DNA of 64,000 nucleotides from Takakia lepidozioides (taxonomy: Eukaryota; Plantae; Bryophyta), in assembly GCA_030704615.1 (NCBI GenBank), contig CM060731.1, positions 6,076,001 to 6,140,000 on the forward strand. The letters are read 5' to 3'. Positions 62,830 through 64,000 of the stretch are shown here, one piece after another; the stretch's first letter is position 1, and each line of letters opens with the position of its first letter. Both the position numbers and the translations under genes were made by a program. The notes below the pieces were generated by a model. The model saw nothing but the letters and a program-made list of their open reading frames with translations, was not told where the DNA came from and searched no databases.

Positions 62830-64000
62830 ATGGAGTTACCCAAGGATTTTGAGGGGAGTACGGCTACAGGCAGTAGCAGTGCGAGTGGGTTCACCAGACG
62901 AGGTGTTCGTTTCACACCACCTTCACCTCCACCCTCAACTAGTGCAGAGTCAGACACAAATTCGGAGGCTTCATCAACAGGTGTGCAGTTTCATTCGCCA
63001 TTGTTCACGGAGGATAACTGGGAGCCTGATGTTGGACCCATAGTCACCGGAGGAGAGAGACGACGTATACGACGATTCTTGAGGGCTTACAGGAACTGCT
63101 TTGCCTTCAGTTTGAAGGACTTAGGAGCACTGAAGGGTCAAGAGATTCGCATTGAATTGGCCACTGACACGCCAATCTTTCGGAGACCCTATAGATACAG
63201 TGACATGGAGAGGTCCTTGATTCAGATGAGGACTCAAGACCTCTGGGAGGCTGGTTTGGTGTGCTATCTGGTGGAGAGTATGCTTCAGCCACAGTGATGC
63301 CAGCCAAGAAGCATGTCTATGGCAATTGGACGGAGAGACGTATGTGCGGTGATTACCGGCCTGTAAATCGTCAGACCAAGTCCGATAGGTATGCCATGCC
63401 AACACCAGAGGAGATCTTTGATGCCATTGGGCATGCCAAGGTCTTTAGCACTTTGGATTTACGATCCGGATATCACCAGTTGTCGATCAAGGAGGCGGAT
63501 AAGCAGAAGACGACATTCTGGGGGATCAATGAGCACGGGAAGGATTGCCTATACCAGTGGCGGTTCTTACCATTTGGGCTTAAAATGCTCCTGCAGAGTT
63601 TCAGAGAGTCATGTACAGGATTCTAGCAGGGGTGGAGTTTGCTCGGTGCTACATAGATGACATCATTATCTTTAGTGCTACGGTGGAGGAGCATGAGAGC
63701 CACCTTCAGGTGGTATTTGAGCGCTTGAGGGCGCACGGATTGAAGTTACATCCGGGGAAGTGCAAGTTTTTCCACAACCAAATTGAGTATCTGGGTCACA
63801 TGATATATCCTGGAGGATTGGGAGTACAACAGACTAAGGTAGAGGCCATTCCACAGATTCCACGCCCCACGGATGTGAGCCGAGTTCGAGCTTTCATGGG
63901 GTTGGCAAACTATTATAGACGGTTTGTCAAGGGATTTAGTGCCATTGCAAAAGCTCTAATCAAGCTGACCAAGGTGGACCAGGAGTGGCAGTGGGAAGAT
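62830..64000 (+). pseudogene. Gypsy reverse transcriptase (frameshifted), extending toward RNase H
   Basis: PIFRRPYR, RMCGDYRPVN, DRYAMPTPEEIFD, FSTLDLRSGYHQL, LPFGLK, CYIDDIIIFS, KCKFF..YLGH and FMGLANYYRRFVKGFS. Frameshifts near 63260 and 63585. Confidence 0.92.

Larger units (their letters stand above)
61206..64000 (+). mobile_element. Ty3/Gypsy LTR retrotransposon (runs off the window end)
   Basis: LTR plus PBS plus RT coding sequence. Confidence 0.85.

Overview
Eukaryotic nuclear DNA from a land plant. Gene style and TE families suggest a non-seed plant, probably a bryophyte; this is an inference. The left and central part (5.5-41 kb) holds four apparently intact, intron-rich host genes, all on the minus strand: a METTL13/eEF1A-KNMT dual methyltransferase, a group I WRKY transcription factor, an RBM24/38-like single-RRM protein and a B1-type Raf-like MAPKKK with an EDR1-like domain. 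The ends are transposon-rich: a decayed hAT element (1-4.2 kb), hAT-type MITEs (one complete, with an 8-bp TSD), LINE 3' fragments and tRNA-derived SINE-like copies. At ~44.65-59.72 kb is a ~15-kb composite block with Helitron-like termini. It carries decayed SWIM, ParB-like (DGNHR), DUF659-type hAT and RING-H2 genes, two mutually inverted arrays of ~27-bp hairpins, a solo LTR and satellite repeats. It is followed by a 5'-truncated IBH1/AIF-like atypical bHLH gene and a Ty3/Gypsy element whose reverse transcriptase starts directly after the PBS, with no gag or protease in front. Exon boundaries were read by eye and family assignments come from motif recognition, not database searches.
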